Assembly: GCA_976226885.1 (NCBI GenBank)
Contig: OZ320321.1
Location: 43,524,001 to 43,588,000, forward strand
Length of the DNA stretch: 64,000 nt
Direction of reading: 5' to 3'
Origin: Iphione sp. A-MEVVRFRX5
Lineage: Eukaryota
A model generated the notes under the pieces. It saw only the letters and a list, made by a program, of their open reading frames with translations, ran no database searches and was not told where the DNA came from. The position numbers and the translations under genes were made by a program. This document shows positions 10,501-24,809 of the stretch, piece after piece (positions within the stretch are counted from its first letter, which is position 1; each line of letters begins with the position of its first letter).

Positions 10501-12521
10501 AGAACAGTTACAGCTAGTTGTTGTGTAGCGAGGCGGTGTGGAAAGAGAAAGACTGTTCCGTTTTATTTGTACGTCTCTTGTTGAGTTATTGTTGTTTTTT
10601 TTTTTAGTTTCCGAAGGTATATATGATGTTTGTGAACAACGGCTGCTGATAGCTGTTGAGTATTATATTCACACACATGCACACACGTACACACACGACA
10701 AACACACACATTGGTTTAATATTTAACATATTAAACACTGTTAGATGGAGTGTGTTCTGGACTCGATCCCATATGTCCGACATTATGAAGGAGTCGCAGT
10801 AAAACACATCCGTCATGTTGCCAGCTGCAACTAGTGCCATCATGGACGTATTGGATTCTTCAAGCTGTATTGAGAGTGTTCGTCATGCCTGTGTTCCTGC
10901 AGAGAAGTGGGGACGTTGGGGCATGGGGGGGGGGGCGTTAGCTAGATGTGTGTCGTGACGTAGGTATGGCCTACCTCCCTTTTCGTTCCTAGTCATGTCC
11001 AGCCTATGTAAGAGGTGCTAGTTGCGGTCATTATATCCCTCTCACCGTGCATAACACTAGCAAATGTAGTACAGTGGAACCTCTCTCTATGGACGCCCGG
11101 ACACAACAGACACCCCCTACAGTGGACACCCCAAACCTTCTTTATTATGTTTATTCTAGCCCGGACACAGCGGACACTCAGAGACAGCGGGCACCCCACC
11201 TCTGGACACTCATTTTACAGTCCCAAACACTTGTTTTACAAGGTCTACAGTGGACACATACATGCCTTGGAGAAGGCCTCTCATCCACTCCCTTTGATGA
11301 GTAGCAACACCTGGGAGGTGTGCTACCTTGTCCTCACACCCTGGAGAAGGCCTCTCATCCACTCCCTTTGAAGGGTAGCAACACCTGGGAAGTGTGCTAA
11401 CACTCTGGAGAAGGCTCTGTACTAGTATCAGCGGGACTGAGTTCTAGTAAACGACGCCACAGTTAGTCTGAGAAGCTGGCCCGCCTGTATAAGAGACTCA
11501 ACACTCAGTTTTCTAGTATATACTTTTACAGGTATGCATGCCTTATTTCGACATTTGCGCCTGTGGCTAATAGCCGATTCAACGTGTCTGCTATTACATC
11601 CTTCTTGTAGTTGCATATTGATGGCTTTCACATGAGAATCTTACCAAGTATTCCTACTGTTACCTTCGACAGTGTAGCATTGACGCATTCTCAACTTTTT
11701 AATTATCTTTTGTTGAGGGATATAAGTTCAGCATTACTGATTTTTTTGGCTTTTAAACTCATTATAGTGCCAGCGAAAATCACTCTAGGGCGTAGATAAT
11801 TAGTCACCCGGAACTGTAATCGTGCAACGTCCGTATTAAAATGTACCATAAAATATACCATCGTACACAAGACAAAGTATACAAAGGTATCACCTTACGC
11901 ACAGAAGGTTCTACGTAAAATTTAAGGCACATTTCTCCGTTGTACACTCTGAAGCGTATTCTTCATACATTTTACAGACTTTCGAGTTGTGTTCTAAGAA
12001 CCTCGTAAAAAAATACTGCCGTGAACAAGGTTTTCCCGTCGCTATGTAGCAGTCTTTCCTTTTTCACCTTCAGGTCATTGTTACTATTACTCTCTTCCTA
12101 CCTTTGTCTGTCGGCTTTTGTCTGTCCTCCGCCACCAGTATTATGTACATGCAAAGCGACCGCCTGATTCACACGTACAATAAACTGTCTATTGATAACC
12201 TTTCATCTTTTCAACACCAAATAGGGGCCTTTGTGTGTTGCTGAGAGAAATCTTAGCCGGAGCTATACTGCTGCCCGCTATGGATAAAATAGCTGATCCA
12301 GTAAGCGGACCTTTGCTTCCCATTTTCATATTTGTCCTCTGTAATTATCGCAGTAGAACTTTAGTCTGAAATTGCAGTGTAAATATTTTTGTCTGAAGTT
12401 GTTCTCTTTTCCACTATGGTTTATTGTAGATATTAATTATTGTGGTTATACATTTATACTTTTTTTTACTTTCAAGGATATCATCAACAATTTATTGCTG
12501 GTGTTCTTCGATAATTCCCAG
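1556..12521 (+). CDS. SNX14: SNX14 PXA-domain exons (6 exons, interrupted by a 9.2-kb intron 2993-12224)
   Basis: FANLLLKEFVFTWYR / DLSEDEAFVDELKTSLRFIVSVLLRRIKK / VDLPQLILDSVLKTSIRHLHFYVQVKQR / AKGDTDLQAAMIEYYGAHLHCAARNRQSELDYLRATAERIFPYILPLQSLRCR / GLCVLLREILAGAILLPAMDKIADP / DIINNLLLVFFDNSQ. Confidence 0.93.
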
Positions 12522-15500
12522 GTAAGATCTGGTACCATCGCAGAAAAAAAACCTTTCACCAGTTTCTTGAGGTTACACCGTTCACTTTCAGCCCTCTATC
12601 GAATGGAGCGGGGGCCTTATATTGTTCCTGCATGTACGTTGATATCTCAACTGTGTTTCTTTCTTTATTTGAAAAATTGATGACGATTTGTATAAATTCC
12701 TTTTAGGTTTGTACTCTGTTGTATTAAACACACGTGTGTGTATTTCAGACGCCACGCAGTCCTCCATCCCAAAAGCAAGTGCAAATTCTTGCCAACTTTG
12801 CAACTCCACTTAGCAAGAACCGATCTGTAAGTCTTCCTCTTATTCTAACCAACGTATTCTTGTTACCATAAAACTGTTTAAATTATTACATAAAACGTCA
12901 TGTGTTTTGTTGAGTATCATAACGGGTTGTTTTACTCAGATTTGTTTGTTATATGTATTTGGTTATTTTCAAACTTTGAAAAGCTTAACATAACTCCCTG
13001 TCTTTTTTTGACAGTGTCTACACTTGGAATTGAGTGATATTTTATCGAACCCGGATGCGCTGTTCCCTTTTATGCAGTTCATGAAGACAGAAGCTTCAGT
13101 GAATGTCCTGCAGTTTTACTTGAGTGCCGGTAGGCTTTGCTTCAGTTACATGTTAGCATAGCATGACAACATAAAAAGATGATAACGGGAGTTGAAGCAG
13201 TAGTGATTGCCAAATGAGTGCCAAATTGACATTTTGCCCAGTAGCTAAATCTGACCGGTACAGTGTGCTTTTGCTAGAGTTTTACCACCACGTCGGTAAA
13301 TAGAGTTGATTTGGTTTGGTGGAAATCCCAGTATAGCTTTGTGTTTTAAGCAATATGGCCGACACCTTGGTAGTAGGTTAGGGTTTTTTTCTTTGGTTTT
13401 CCTTCTCATATTGGTTATACACCAGTTTGCCAATATTACAAGAGACTTTTTGTCTCGGACGAGGCGAAGAACACTGTAGTGCAAAAGAACAACACAAGGG
13501 ACTTTTTCTGCATGCATAACTTATGATGTCGTATCCTTATATAGGAGAATGCTTCGATACATTCTAATCCCTTACACTTGCTCACAGTTGCTCAGTGTTG
13601 CTCCTTTCATCTCTCCCTCTAGAGGAGTTCAACAGTAAGATGTTAACGCCCGAGCTGAGCCTCGATCAGCTCAAGCGGCTCCACTCCGACCTTGTCGACC
13701 TCTATCGCATGTACTGTGCACCCAACGCCGCCGACCGCATTCAGTTCGATGAAGATATAGTGACGCAACTCAAAGAAAGTACGTCCCAGTCCAGTGTCCC
13801 AGTCCTAATATTTCTAACTTTGGGGGTCCAAATATTTCCCTTTTTGGGGTGTAAGTTTCTGAGCCAGATGATCAATGCGGAAAACAAGTTATGGTAAACC
13901 CTGGTAAAGGCTAATGTAAACTTCCCACGTATATAGGTGCTTTATATGTTCAATTGTTATTCAAGCTCAAAGTGTTCAGGGAATGCGTCGAACATTGTTG
14001 TTATTTACTGGTCTGTACTTCCTTTTGCAGTCTGTGATGGCCCCCCTGAAGACGTTATCAAACTACAGACGACAACTCCGTTATTCAGGTAGGTTTCTTA
14101 CTTGGTCAGAACAATTGCTTTCATCGCAAACAAATCTGTCGGAATAAGCTGGGCTTTTCAGTAAAGCGAACAGGATGGCGTCGTTAAGTTCATGGTATCA
14201 TATTGCATTTTCAGATTCAGACTGACAAGCTGAAATTGCAGGAAGTCTTCTTATTAGCCCGCTGTTATTTATATATTGTATGTGCGTATGATATAATGTG
14301 GACTATTTGATACAGCAGAATCGTGTAGCTTATATGTGTCCAGTCATCATATGTATAAGTTCTGAAAATATTTTCAAGGATGTCGTACTGTGAACACTTA
14401 GATGACCCTACATGATTCGAAATAAGACATATCATTACAGCAGTATAGTCAATAGATATTGTTACGACCCAATCTTAGCATTTTGAAGAATAAAGCGTCT
14501 GATATACAGAGATGTTGTTTATTCAACAAAAAGGCATGAACTAACTATACTCCGCATGCGAAGCATAACACACTTGTGGAACATATACATGCGGAACACT
14601 TTTACTGGCGGAGTATGACCGCAACAATATCATTCTTTTACTAAATTTGTTCTGAAGATGTTTAATTTGACTTTTCCAGGGCATACGAGCACGCTTATAC
14701 GTTACTAGAGACAACCTTTCTACCGCTCTTTCATCAAAGCGATGACGTAAGTATTCCTTCAGTCCTGTTCAGGTTGCCGATTCACGAGATAGTCTAGTAA
14801 AGAAGTTAAAGGAATCGACTGGATATCTGATGCGTCCGGATACACATCCAGATATACGTTATGTAGTCAGTGGGGATCAGACCTAGTGATAAGTGTTTTC
14901 TAGTAGGTTGTCTGATCCTCATTATAGGAAGCATTCCACATGTGCGCCGAGCAGTTGGAAGTGTGAGTCGGTGCTGAGCTGCCGTGTCTCCCTACTGGGT
15001 GCTCTTGGGGGGTCCTGATCAGATAAGGCGAGCATGTGGCTGAGCAGCCCCCTCCCCCTCTTGTTTTTTTTTTCTTCATGTACACGTCCTTTTTTTGTTA
15101 TCCCCCAGCTCATGGAAAGGAGGTTGGGGGCCTTAGGAATACTATTTCCCAACCATTTGACTTTCTGTCACAGTCTTGTGGGTCATATCTGTGAAACCCG
15201 TTAGTCAAATGCACTGGTTTTAATATATGATAATTATATACAGACCTATGGCACTGGGTAATTTCGGTAGTAATTAAAGTACTCTAAAGGTGAAATTGTG
15301 TCATTTTACTCTGTTGCTAACACACCCATAAACATACATACCTTGTTTGGGATTTCTAGATCTGACAATGCACTTACACACATGCACACACACATACATG
15401 TACATATATGTATACATATACATATCCACAGGCATGCTTATAGGACAATGCAAAGGATTACTCCCTTCAACTTTCTCTTGGCTCTGCTGGCTGCCAACAC

Positions 15501-18500
15501 CTGGCCACACCCACATAAGTGACCAGGACTTGATTGCCACTTGAGGGCGGGGGACAAAAGACCTTACAGATCCACGCTCTTGTTTATTCCAGCAGTGAAG
15601 GTGGGGGACAGTAGACCTTACAGGTCGACACTCTTGTTCTTAACATTTTATCAACCACCAGTCATTTAATAATTCTCCTCTTTCTATTCTAGTATTACAC
15701 AATGCTTTGTGGGGAGCGCCTGCCAACGAAATTGACTCGGAGTCTTTCAAAGTAAGTTGGGAACATTTATTTTATTTTAAAGCTTGAAATACGTAGGTGA
15801 CGCGATTTATTTTCTTCCTTGTTTCTGCATTGGTTCATTTTATGACCGGTTATAGGCAGGCATATGAACTTGTAGGTCACACAGTATGCCTAAAATTGTA
15901 TCATTATACTAATAGTATCGATCAGTAGTTGCCCAACTCAACTGCAGACATTTTTGTGTATTTGTTTATTATTTTTAATAGGCAATGTGGTTTCAGAAAG
16001 ACCAATAGTAATTCAGACAGTGCTTTTTTGAAGTATGGTAGCCACTGAAATGAACTTAGGTTCTTTTCATATTTTGAGGAAATTTTGATACCAGCTACCC
16101 TGTTTCAAACGTTTGCTTCGATTTTGAAATGCTACGTAGTTTTTATAACACTAACAATCTGTTCCTGCTAACTTAATATATGTCCAGTAGAACGAAGGTC
16201 GTTACATATTACAAAACACAACGTATTCTACGAGAAAAGATCGTATCTGATAGCAAACTATGATAAACAGAGAATTTTCTCTTTACATTTTCGTTTCACT
16301 AGCACTTCGATAGGCGCAAAGTGTAACAACAACTCTAGGTAAAACTCCTAACTGTCTGGTATATTTGATCCCTGTTTACGTACCATCCCGTCCTGCGATC
16401 CTATCCCGTCCGATTCCAGTGTGGTCCGTTTTGTGTTGAAGGTGTTAGAAGGGGCACTTGGAAGAGCAGTGTACATAAACACATCTGACTTTACGCGCAT
16501 TATCGGTCAACCAGATTCTTTCCTCTCATCCCTCAGGAAGAAAGAGGTTGCTGCTGTGTAGTGGAAGAAGCGTTTTCTTTTGATGGTTCACCATTAGTTT
16601 ACCCTACTAGTGTTAAAGTGTATATTCTCAACTTTATTTGTGTCAATCCCATTGGATTACATGAACTTTGTGTTTCCTCTATTCTCCCCTTGCCATTGTG
16701 GCCTTAACGTTTCGAACTGGATCCAGAATGGACGACACTTAGCTTGGATAAGTGTACACCTTGGTACATGTATCTGAAGTAGATTTGTGGCTATTGTTTC
16801 ACTTGTAAAACTAGACCAACACCAAAGTGGAAAAACGTAAATAGTTACATTTATTAGATATCTGTATTTTGGCTCCACATCGGTACAGATTCTTGCCTAT
16901 CTTCAGAGCATAGGCGTCATATAGTTTTATGAGCTGCTCATCGCATTTATTTATAAAGCTTATCCTCCACCGGTTCTATTTCGACAGAGTAAACAAGAGA
17001 GCCGGCGATGCTTTAACGTTGAGTCGTCTGGGGAACAAGATCAAAGGTGTTTTCAAGAGTAACACAGGTGAGCTTTCAATGGGCTGACAATTGCCTTCGT
17101 AATAATACCTTATTCTTTCCACATTAACATGTACACCGAGTCCACCGTCGCCATCGAGGCATAGGTTGTGGCCTCTGGCTTCTCTTATTGCCTGCTTAGA
17201 ATTAAAGAGCTAATCATTATTAGTGCAGCATGTTTGGTCTGCAAATAATGTGACTTTTTTTTAAATGTTGTGATCTATAAATTGAGTTTTTTTTATATAC
17301 ACGAGTATCGTTTATTTGTAATTCTTAGGACCCAAACATAGACATCGTATTGAGAGAAAGTGCCATAGGAATTGTAGATGTCATCGTATAGAGAGAAAGT
17401 GCCATAGGAATTGTAGATGTAAATGTGTGTGTATGTATGTGTGTGTGTGATACACTCTACGCACGCCTTTTGATTGGATATCAACGCGACCATTTGTTCA
17501 GGGAACTAAAAGTAATAGTAGAATTTTATTTACGAGGGCTGTTTGCCCTGACATGTCTAAAGTTCTCACCAGGCACATGGCTTGCTGTGAGTAGATTGGA
17601 TTGTGGCATGTGACTGAAGTACCCTCTCCATGCTAACACCAATGCAATCCTGTCTGCATCGATTTGTTCTCCTTTCGTTTTCCTCCGCACAAGTTGTTAA
17701 ACTTGACAGTGACAACGAACCACGTATGTACTAACCTCTGTCACGGCTCAGCTAGAGTAGCACTCCTCATTAGAGCCTCACTTGGTTGCCTCAGTGCCTG
17801 CTTAAAACCTATTTTTTTAAAATACTGCTAGGGCTTGTGCTTTTAAACAACGTGAGCCGAGCAATTCTTTCATCAGCATTGAAACAAAATGTGAAAACTC
17901 TGCCAAAGCTTCTGTATCGTGTGGCATTGTCTATGTTACTCTAGAGTTTGCCCTGTCCTTGTTCGAGATTAGAAACAAACACTTGCACCGTGCAAAAATT
18001 CGTTACTTTTTATTGTTCCAGATGATTTTAAACAAACCCAGTGTGAACACATGCATCTCAGAGATGTGCTTGCCTTCACATATGTATATATATATTTACA
18101 TGTACATATATACAGTGAACTCTCACTTAAAAGACCAGATTGCATGGGAGACCAGATCGCAGAGATGACCACTATATCATAGTCCCAAACAGTACATTTC
18201 CTATATGATAAGAGACCTCAGGGGAGACCCGATCGCAGGGGAGACCATATTTCTTCACTCCCAGAGGTGGTCTCCGAAGCAGGAGTTGACTGTGCATGTG
18301 TACATGTATATAGCTGTCAATAAACGTATAGTTTGATATGGATTGCTTTGTCGCAGTTTTTGTGTGGAAAGCTACCCATGGCATAGCATATGTATATTTA
18401 GTGTACAAAAAAAACCGCAGTAAACAAGCAAACTGATCCACACTGTGTCTGTCCGCATGTGAATAGTCCATCTGTGCCCCGTGCTTCAGACTGCTGTGTA

Positions 18501-21500
18501 CAGTCATTATCTTTCCGATGCCCCCCCCCCCCCCCCCACCGCCAAGTGTCGGTGACATTGACTGTCTGCCTGTTGTTCATGATATATTGTCTAGACCCCG
18601 CCGAGGTGCGGCTCGCCTGGTCCTCGTCGGATGACAGCCTCATCATTGAGAAAGGTTGATTTGCCCGCTTGTGAACGTTGCTGCTGCTCCCCTCACACCA
18701 CTGACTTCTTTAAGTGCTTGACACTAATCCTTGACTCAAATGTACCACTTGAAAAGAAAAACACTTTACATTTAGTCTCACTGAGCCTCACAGAGAGACT
18801 AGCTGACTGAGAGAAGACCGAAGTAGTCCACACGTTGAGTCCACTGATGAACTCATCAGAATTACGTAGACCCCTTGCTTGTGTCTTATACCGTGCACAT
18901 GCTATTTATAACCTCACCTCAGAGGATGATTTCTTGTAGTAGCTGAAGTATTCCGATCGTTAAAATTTGCTGGATAAGCGCAGCGTATGACTGAAAAAAA
19001 TCCTGGGGTGAACAGTGGCGATTTGAATCATCACCCTATTGTAACTTTGTCATATCTCAAGGGCATCATTGATATCAGCTCTTAAAGAGAACGGTGCAAG
19101 TCTTGATTGTGGACTGTTCAGTTTCCTCTTACATATTTTGTTCAGATTTATCCAGATTTGTTTTTATATGAATTCATTGTTGATATTATCTTAAAATGGT
19201 GTCTATAACGGGACAATATTATATTCTCTTGTATGTTCTATTGAAGTTTACTCTCATACTTGTCCACGTGTTCTCAAATCAGATGGTTTCATTTATTTAG
19301 AATGGTTTACATTCAGCTGTAGCAGACACAGAACATAGTTTCCTTTTACTGCTCTTGCAATGTTAGTTGCCAAACTCTCGATAAGCTGACTGTACACAAA
19401 GACGTAGTTGCACCTGAATTGATGTTTTCCAATTTTTTATATATGTGTACTCTAACGCTAATATACCTAAATCTGCAGTAAAAGGAAAAATAACAGTCAA
19501 CATTTCAGAAGTAAATGTGTTTTTGTTTTAGCCTTTAATTTAACAATATAACTGTCGGTGACGATTTACACAAAATGCGATAGTATTAACATTAATACCC
19601 CTAATATCGAAATTAGCGGGGAGTTGCTTGGGTGCGGGGATTCTTGACAGCTATAAAGATATAATGCATAGTATGAGACAAGATTCCCCTTAAATTAAAT
19701 GGTCATTTTATTGCTCCGATTTATATGCTTTCACCTCCCTTCGTACCTCATGCTCAATCTTTAAGGAATTGCTATATCTGCATTTTCTTTATATATTATC
19801 ATAGGTTCCTCATTTCAATATGCTCTTAAAATATACCAACCGTTTTTCCTTCTGTATCTAAGCTGGAAAGGTGTAGAGACTTTTGAGAGATTCTTCCTTT
19901 TTATTGCTCTGGGAATGTGATATGGGAGTTTCATTTGTATAACCTTTTCCACTCTTTGAAAACAAATGTTGCTCAAGAATTTCTGAAACTGAGAAACATT
20001 TTCGTAAACTCACGTTGATAACAAACAGGAAATGTTTAGAGTACCCATCAGGAGGTCTATGTCGGTGATTTCATGAATAATATGTATTGTATACTTAACC
20101 TATTTATATTCTAGCTATGAGTATGTCCATATTAAATATTGTAATATATCCTAAGCACATAAAGGAACAAATAAATTGTGAAAGTTCATGTGCTTGTTGA
20201 TTGAGCTTTGTCAAACATTAATTTACATGTTTTGTTTTCACAGTGGAGGGAGACCGGCTGTTAGATGAGGTCGACTGTGCTGTCGAAGAAGCAGAGGCAA
20301 TTATTGTAAGCTGTTAAATATTTCGGCCAGGTTACTATAGTTGGCTATCCTTCTCAAGTTGATTTTGTGCTGTGTAAGCAATGCAAAATTAAGGTCGACT
20401 TTCGAGAGAACTCAAAGCTATAAATTGACTGTATGCTCACAAACAAGGGCATATTTAAAACTGGGCAAGTGCTACTATTTTAAATTGAGGCTGATGTTGA
20501 TGCAAGAAAAAAAAACAGTCGAATGCCACTTTGTGACCATACCAGAATGTTTCCCAAACCCTAAATATGACCATTTGAGCTCAGAACGGAAATATTTTGC
20601 AACAAATGAACTCATACTGCTATGCAACCAAAACCACTAATGCAACCACTTGAGCTCGGGAATAGAAGGGTGGTCCCAAAACAACATTCAAATGTATTAT
20701 GGGAAACTTGACCGGCAGACGTTGAAGTAACTGTGTCAAAGCAGAGTAATAGCTGTGTTTACAATAATCAGTGCTGTCCCTGAAATTCGCCTGTTAGCTG
20801 ACACTTTGACAACAGCAAAAGGAAACACTGCGGTAACCGTGCTGGGTTGAAATGTTAAAACGTAGTTTAGAGCTATTGGTGGAGATGAAAAGAATAACCC
20901 TAGTTGGTTAATACAAGTGTTTTTAAGTACCGTTTGGAATTTTGAGGAAAAGATTGATGTCTCTCAGCTGAACAGTGTCTGTTACTAGCACAGAGTCGAG
21001 ATCACATTTCACTGGTAGATTCATGTAATCTACTCATTTCGTTTTCTCCCGCGTCTTCACTCAGCAGACGGACCCGTTCGACGGTTTCATGCCTGAGTCC
21101 CTAACGTTCACGGATGATGGCGGCCCATTGCACGACCTGAGCGCCTGGCGGGTGGCCGTGCCGGAAGTGGCGGCCCGCCCCGAGCCCGACAACTTCCGCA
21201 AGCTCTTCCACACCTTCGTCATCGAGATCCGGCGGGTGGATGTCATTGAAGGTAAAGCATGGTGTTCATCAATGGACAGAGTAATGCTGACATTTTCTTA
21301 CGCTTGTCTTAGGTCTGATAAGTCGGCACTCTTAGGGAAAGACCTCCATCTGCATTTATGGCTTGAAGATGATGGACAATATGAACCACCAAATAAACCA
21401 TGTGTTAAAATAAAAAACGCCTGGGAACAGAAAGTATAAAGACAAATGATTTTAACCACTGCACGTTTCTCATGGAAATGCTGCCATATTCGTAATTTCA

Positions 21501-24500
21501 GATGACTTCGAGCCATCGAATTGGAGAGTAGAACGGTATGTTATATTTCCTTAACTATCAAATGTTTATTAACCACAAGGATATACCGATATAATCTCAT
21601 TTCTTAAAGAAGTGTATATCGGCTACTTACAAACAGTAGGTCACTTATAAATGTGTACATGTCAATTTATCAAGCTACATATTCACACCTTTTGTGCTAA
21701 CTTTCTGTAAGGTTAACATGTTCTTTTCATTTTATTCAACGTAGGCGTTACCATGAGTTTTATGTATTGGAGCAGAAACTCTCTGAATTCCATGGTAAGT
21801 CCAAGCTAATTACCCAATACTGACGTGTCAGTGTTGATTGTTCGCTTTGTCAACCGTTCAGTTTACAGTCATTCCATATAATCAATGGAGGTCATATCTG
21901 CTGCAGGCTAAGTGTAAGGTCAGCAGATAGGATGACCTCCATTATATGCAGCCACTCAAACCAGAAAAAGGGGGAGGAGCCTGTTCTTTGATGTTAGAGC
22001 CAAATTGGAGGCTGAGCCTCCAGTACCACTTTATCTGAAGCCCTATGGGATTCCCTATGTCGGTAGTAGATCTTCTTTTTCTTTCAAGTTGAGTGCAGGA
22101 GGGAGGAGGACAGACTGGGAGGGAATCAGATAAGAGTGACTGACAGGCCCCCAGGTCCTGCTGTGTTGCCAGAAGGACGCTCAACCACGCTCCCGTCAGC
22201 GCGAATGACGGAGGGGAGGGGGTGCGGACGCTCAATCATGCCTCCATCAGCGCGAATGACGGAGGGGAGGGGGTCTTAGTGTGAAGGAACCTGGTGGGGA
22301 GGACGCTCGCGGGTCGTCCCGTGGCGTGACAACAGCAAATAGGCCAGGGGGGAGGGGGCTGGAGGACACTACAGCAGAGTGAACCGGGTGGGGACGCTCA
22401 AGCACGCTCCCGTCAGCGCTACCGACCGAGGGGAGGGGGGTACAGTGCGAGGGAACCGGGTGGGAAGCGGCCGGCCGCCCCTGCTTGCCGGCCGGCCGCC
22501 CCTGCTTGCTGGCCCTCCTCCTAGGCCAGGGGGAGGGGGTTGGTCCCTCAGTACCAGCCTGTTGTCCTCAGTCACGCTAAAAGTCTGCGATTTGCATGAA
22601 AATTAGTGACAGGACCACTGCAGAGCTGCTTGGCTGCCTCTGTCGCGCTAAAAGTCTGCGTTCTACGCGAAAATTAGTGACAGAACCACAGAAAAACGTC
22701 CAGGGCCATCCTAGCAGTATTTTGGTTCAAGTCCCGTCCTTCTATGTGCAATAGTTGCCCAGTTATGACAGTTTGTCTCTACCGACCTTTTGACTAGGTG
22801 ACCTGATGCCGCCTGTATCACCTGCATCATTTCGTCGGTAACATTTTGGTTGAAGTCCTGTCCTTCTATATGCAATAGTTGCCAAGTTATGACAGTTTTT
22901 TCTGCAAAATGCCACCGACCAAATGATGCAGGTCATAGAGGAAGAATATGACCTCCATTTGCAGCCCTGGCTGCATCTGTTACTTGTGAGCCCTTCTTGG
23001 CTGTCGGTTAGATATGACTTGTTTAATACATATGGTAAAGTCATGCTCAATAGCTCCCTTCAGAGCCAAATGAATATTATGTATGTTCCTCTTTTTTCCC
23101 ATTCGTCAACAGGCGACTTTGAAGATGCTTTGTTGCCTCCTAAGAAGTCATTTGGTACCAAGAATAAAGAATTCCTAGATGCACGGAGAGCGGAGTTTGA
23201 ACAGTATTTGCAGGTACCTATCTTTTGTTGTACATTATATGCAATAGATACTAGCCAGACTCTTAATAATTCATTATAAATGAGTGTTCCTCCCCATGTG
23301 GATTGATTTAAGCAGTAGTTTATGTTATCGGACTGACAAGATAAGTAGAATTCATATGGGAACTCCATTTATTTTTTTTAGAAACTATTGACGAAACCCA
23401 AACTGCGCAGTAGCGAACTTCTGTATAGGTTTCTCACCTCGAAGCTGGAATTTACCACTGGTTTCTTGACAGATATCAACTTAGGTAAGTTTAATTGTAT
23501 CTTTTACTTCTAGTTTATGTGTCACTTGATTGCCTTCCTGCGTCCAGATATATGTAAAAGATTATGGTATATGTTTGAAAATGCAGATTCTCTTAATATT
23601 TATTCAAACGGATATTGAAATTTGATATCTTCGTACAGGAAAATTTGTGAAATCTGGTGCTATGAAACTAGTCAAGGAGGTAAGTTCGTATAAATAATAT
23701 TTATCATCTTTATTCAGTTTACATTTCAATATCAGTACTGATTTGTAACGTAACATTATTAGGCTATCATTAGCATGGTTGTCTAAGATATGCCTCTAAG
23801 GGGTTACTTTGGAATATGTGAAGAAAATTATTGATTTCATTATTTCCTTCTCATTGGGCACGGAGAAGACTTGCCACCATAAAAATGATAAAGGATAAAT
23901 ACATGTACAGATGTGCCTCTGTCAATGAATGTTCTCAGAACAAATGCTTTTTTTTAATGAAGCTGGTTTTCTGTACTAGTTATGTGGCCTGATGCCCATT
24001 TCTACCAAGTTTTGTTGACTGTTATGTGAAAAAGGAGGAGACATATGTAGACATGAAGGATAAATGAATTATTGATAAATTTTAACTCAAAAGCTGCGTG
24101 ACAAATGCTTGACTGGTGTGCCTCTGATAATGAACTTTCCCACAAAGAAAGAACACGTGCACTTCGTTACAAGAGATATACCTGTACATTGAGTACAAAT
24201 CATTAACGTATATTCACCTTTCATTGTTTATATATAATGTTGTGTATTGGGCTCTGGGCAAGTAAAGTTGCAGGCAAAAAGACAAACACAAAACATTTAT
24301 CAAGTGTGGAAACCTCTATTTCAGAGAGGTCAACATCTTGAGCCGTTCTTGCAGTCACTGTTATCTTCAATAGAACCACCTAAGGCTAAACCAAGGTAGG
24401 TGTAAAATATGTATTGCGAGTCGCTTGTAAAGGTAAAAATACATTCTAGATGTATACCGAAAGGTTGTTTTATAGAGGTGATGAAATTAACACATGATCT

Positions 24501-24738
24501 CTTCAAGTTCTAAGCAATAGAAATAACTTGTCCCTTCTTTGGAAGGAATGGAGAAATTGGTAACTTTTAGCCATACTTGCATGATACAGTTCCTGTTAGT
24601 GATCGGCGGATTTCATTTCTCTCTCTGAAGTGTAGTTAGGCACTGCTGGCTTGCAAGGTAGTAGTGCATTAATGGAACATTTTTAGCGGGGTCCCTTCCC
24701 ACATGAAGGTCAGAGAAAGAGAGGCAGACATACAGTTG

Positions 24739-24809
<71 letters not shown>

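Noticed and set aside
13531-13540. GTATCCTT, a U12-type 5' splice motif (also TTCCTTAAC at ~21547)
   Set aside because: Neither lies at the right position relative to an exon boundary; the flanking introns are ordinary GT-AG.
16537-16563. Possible SNX14 exon after cctcag
   Set aside because: In-frame TAG after 8 codons and no good donor.
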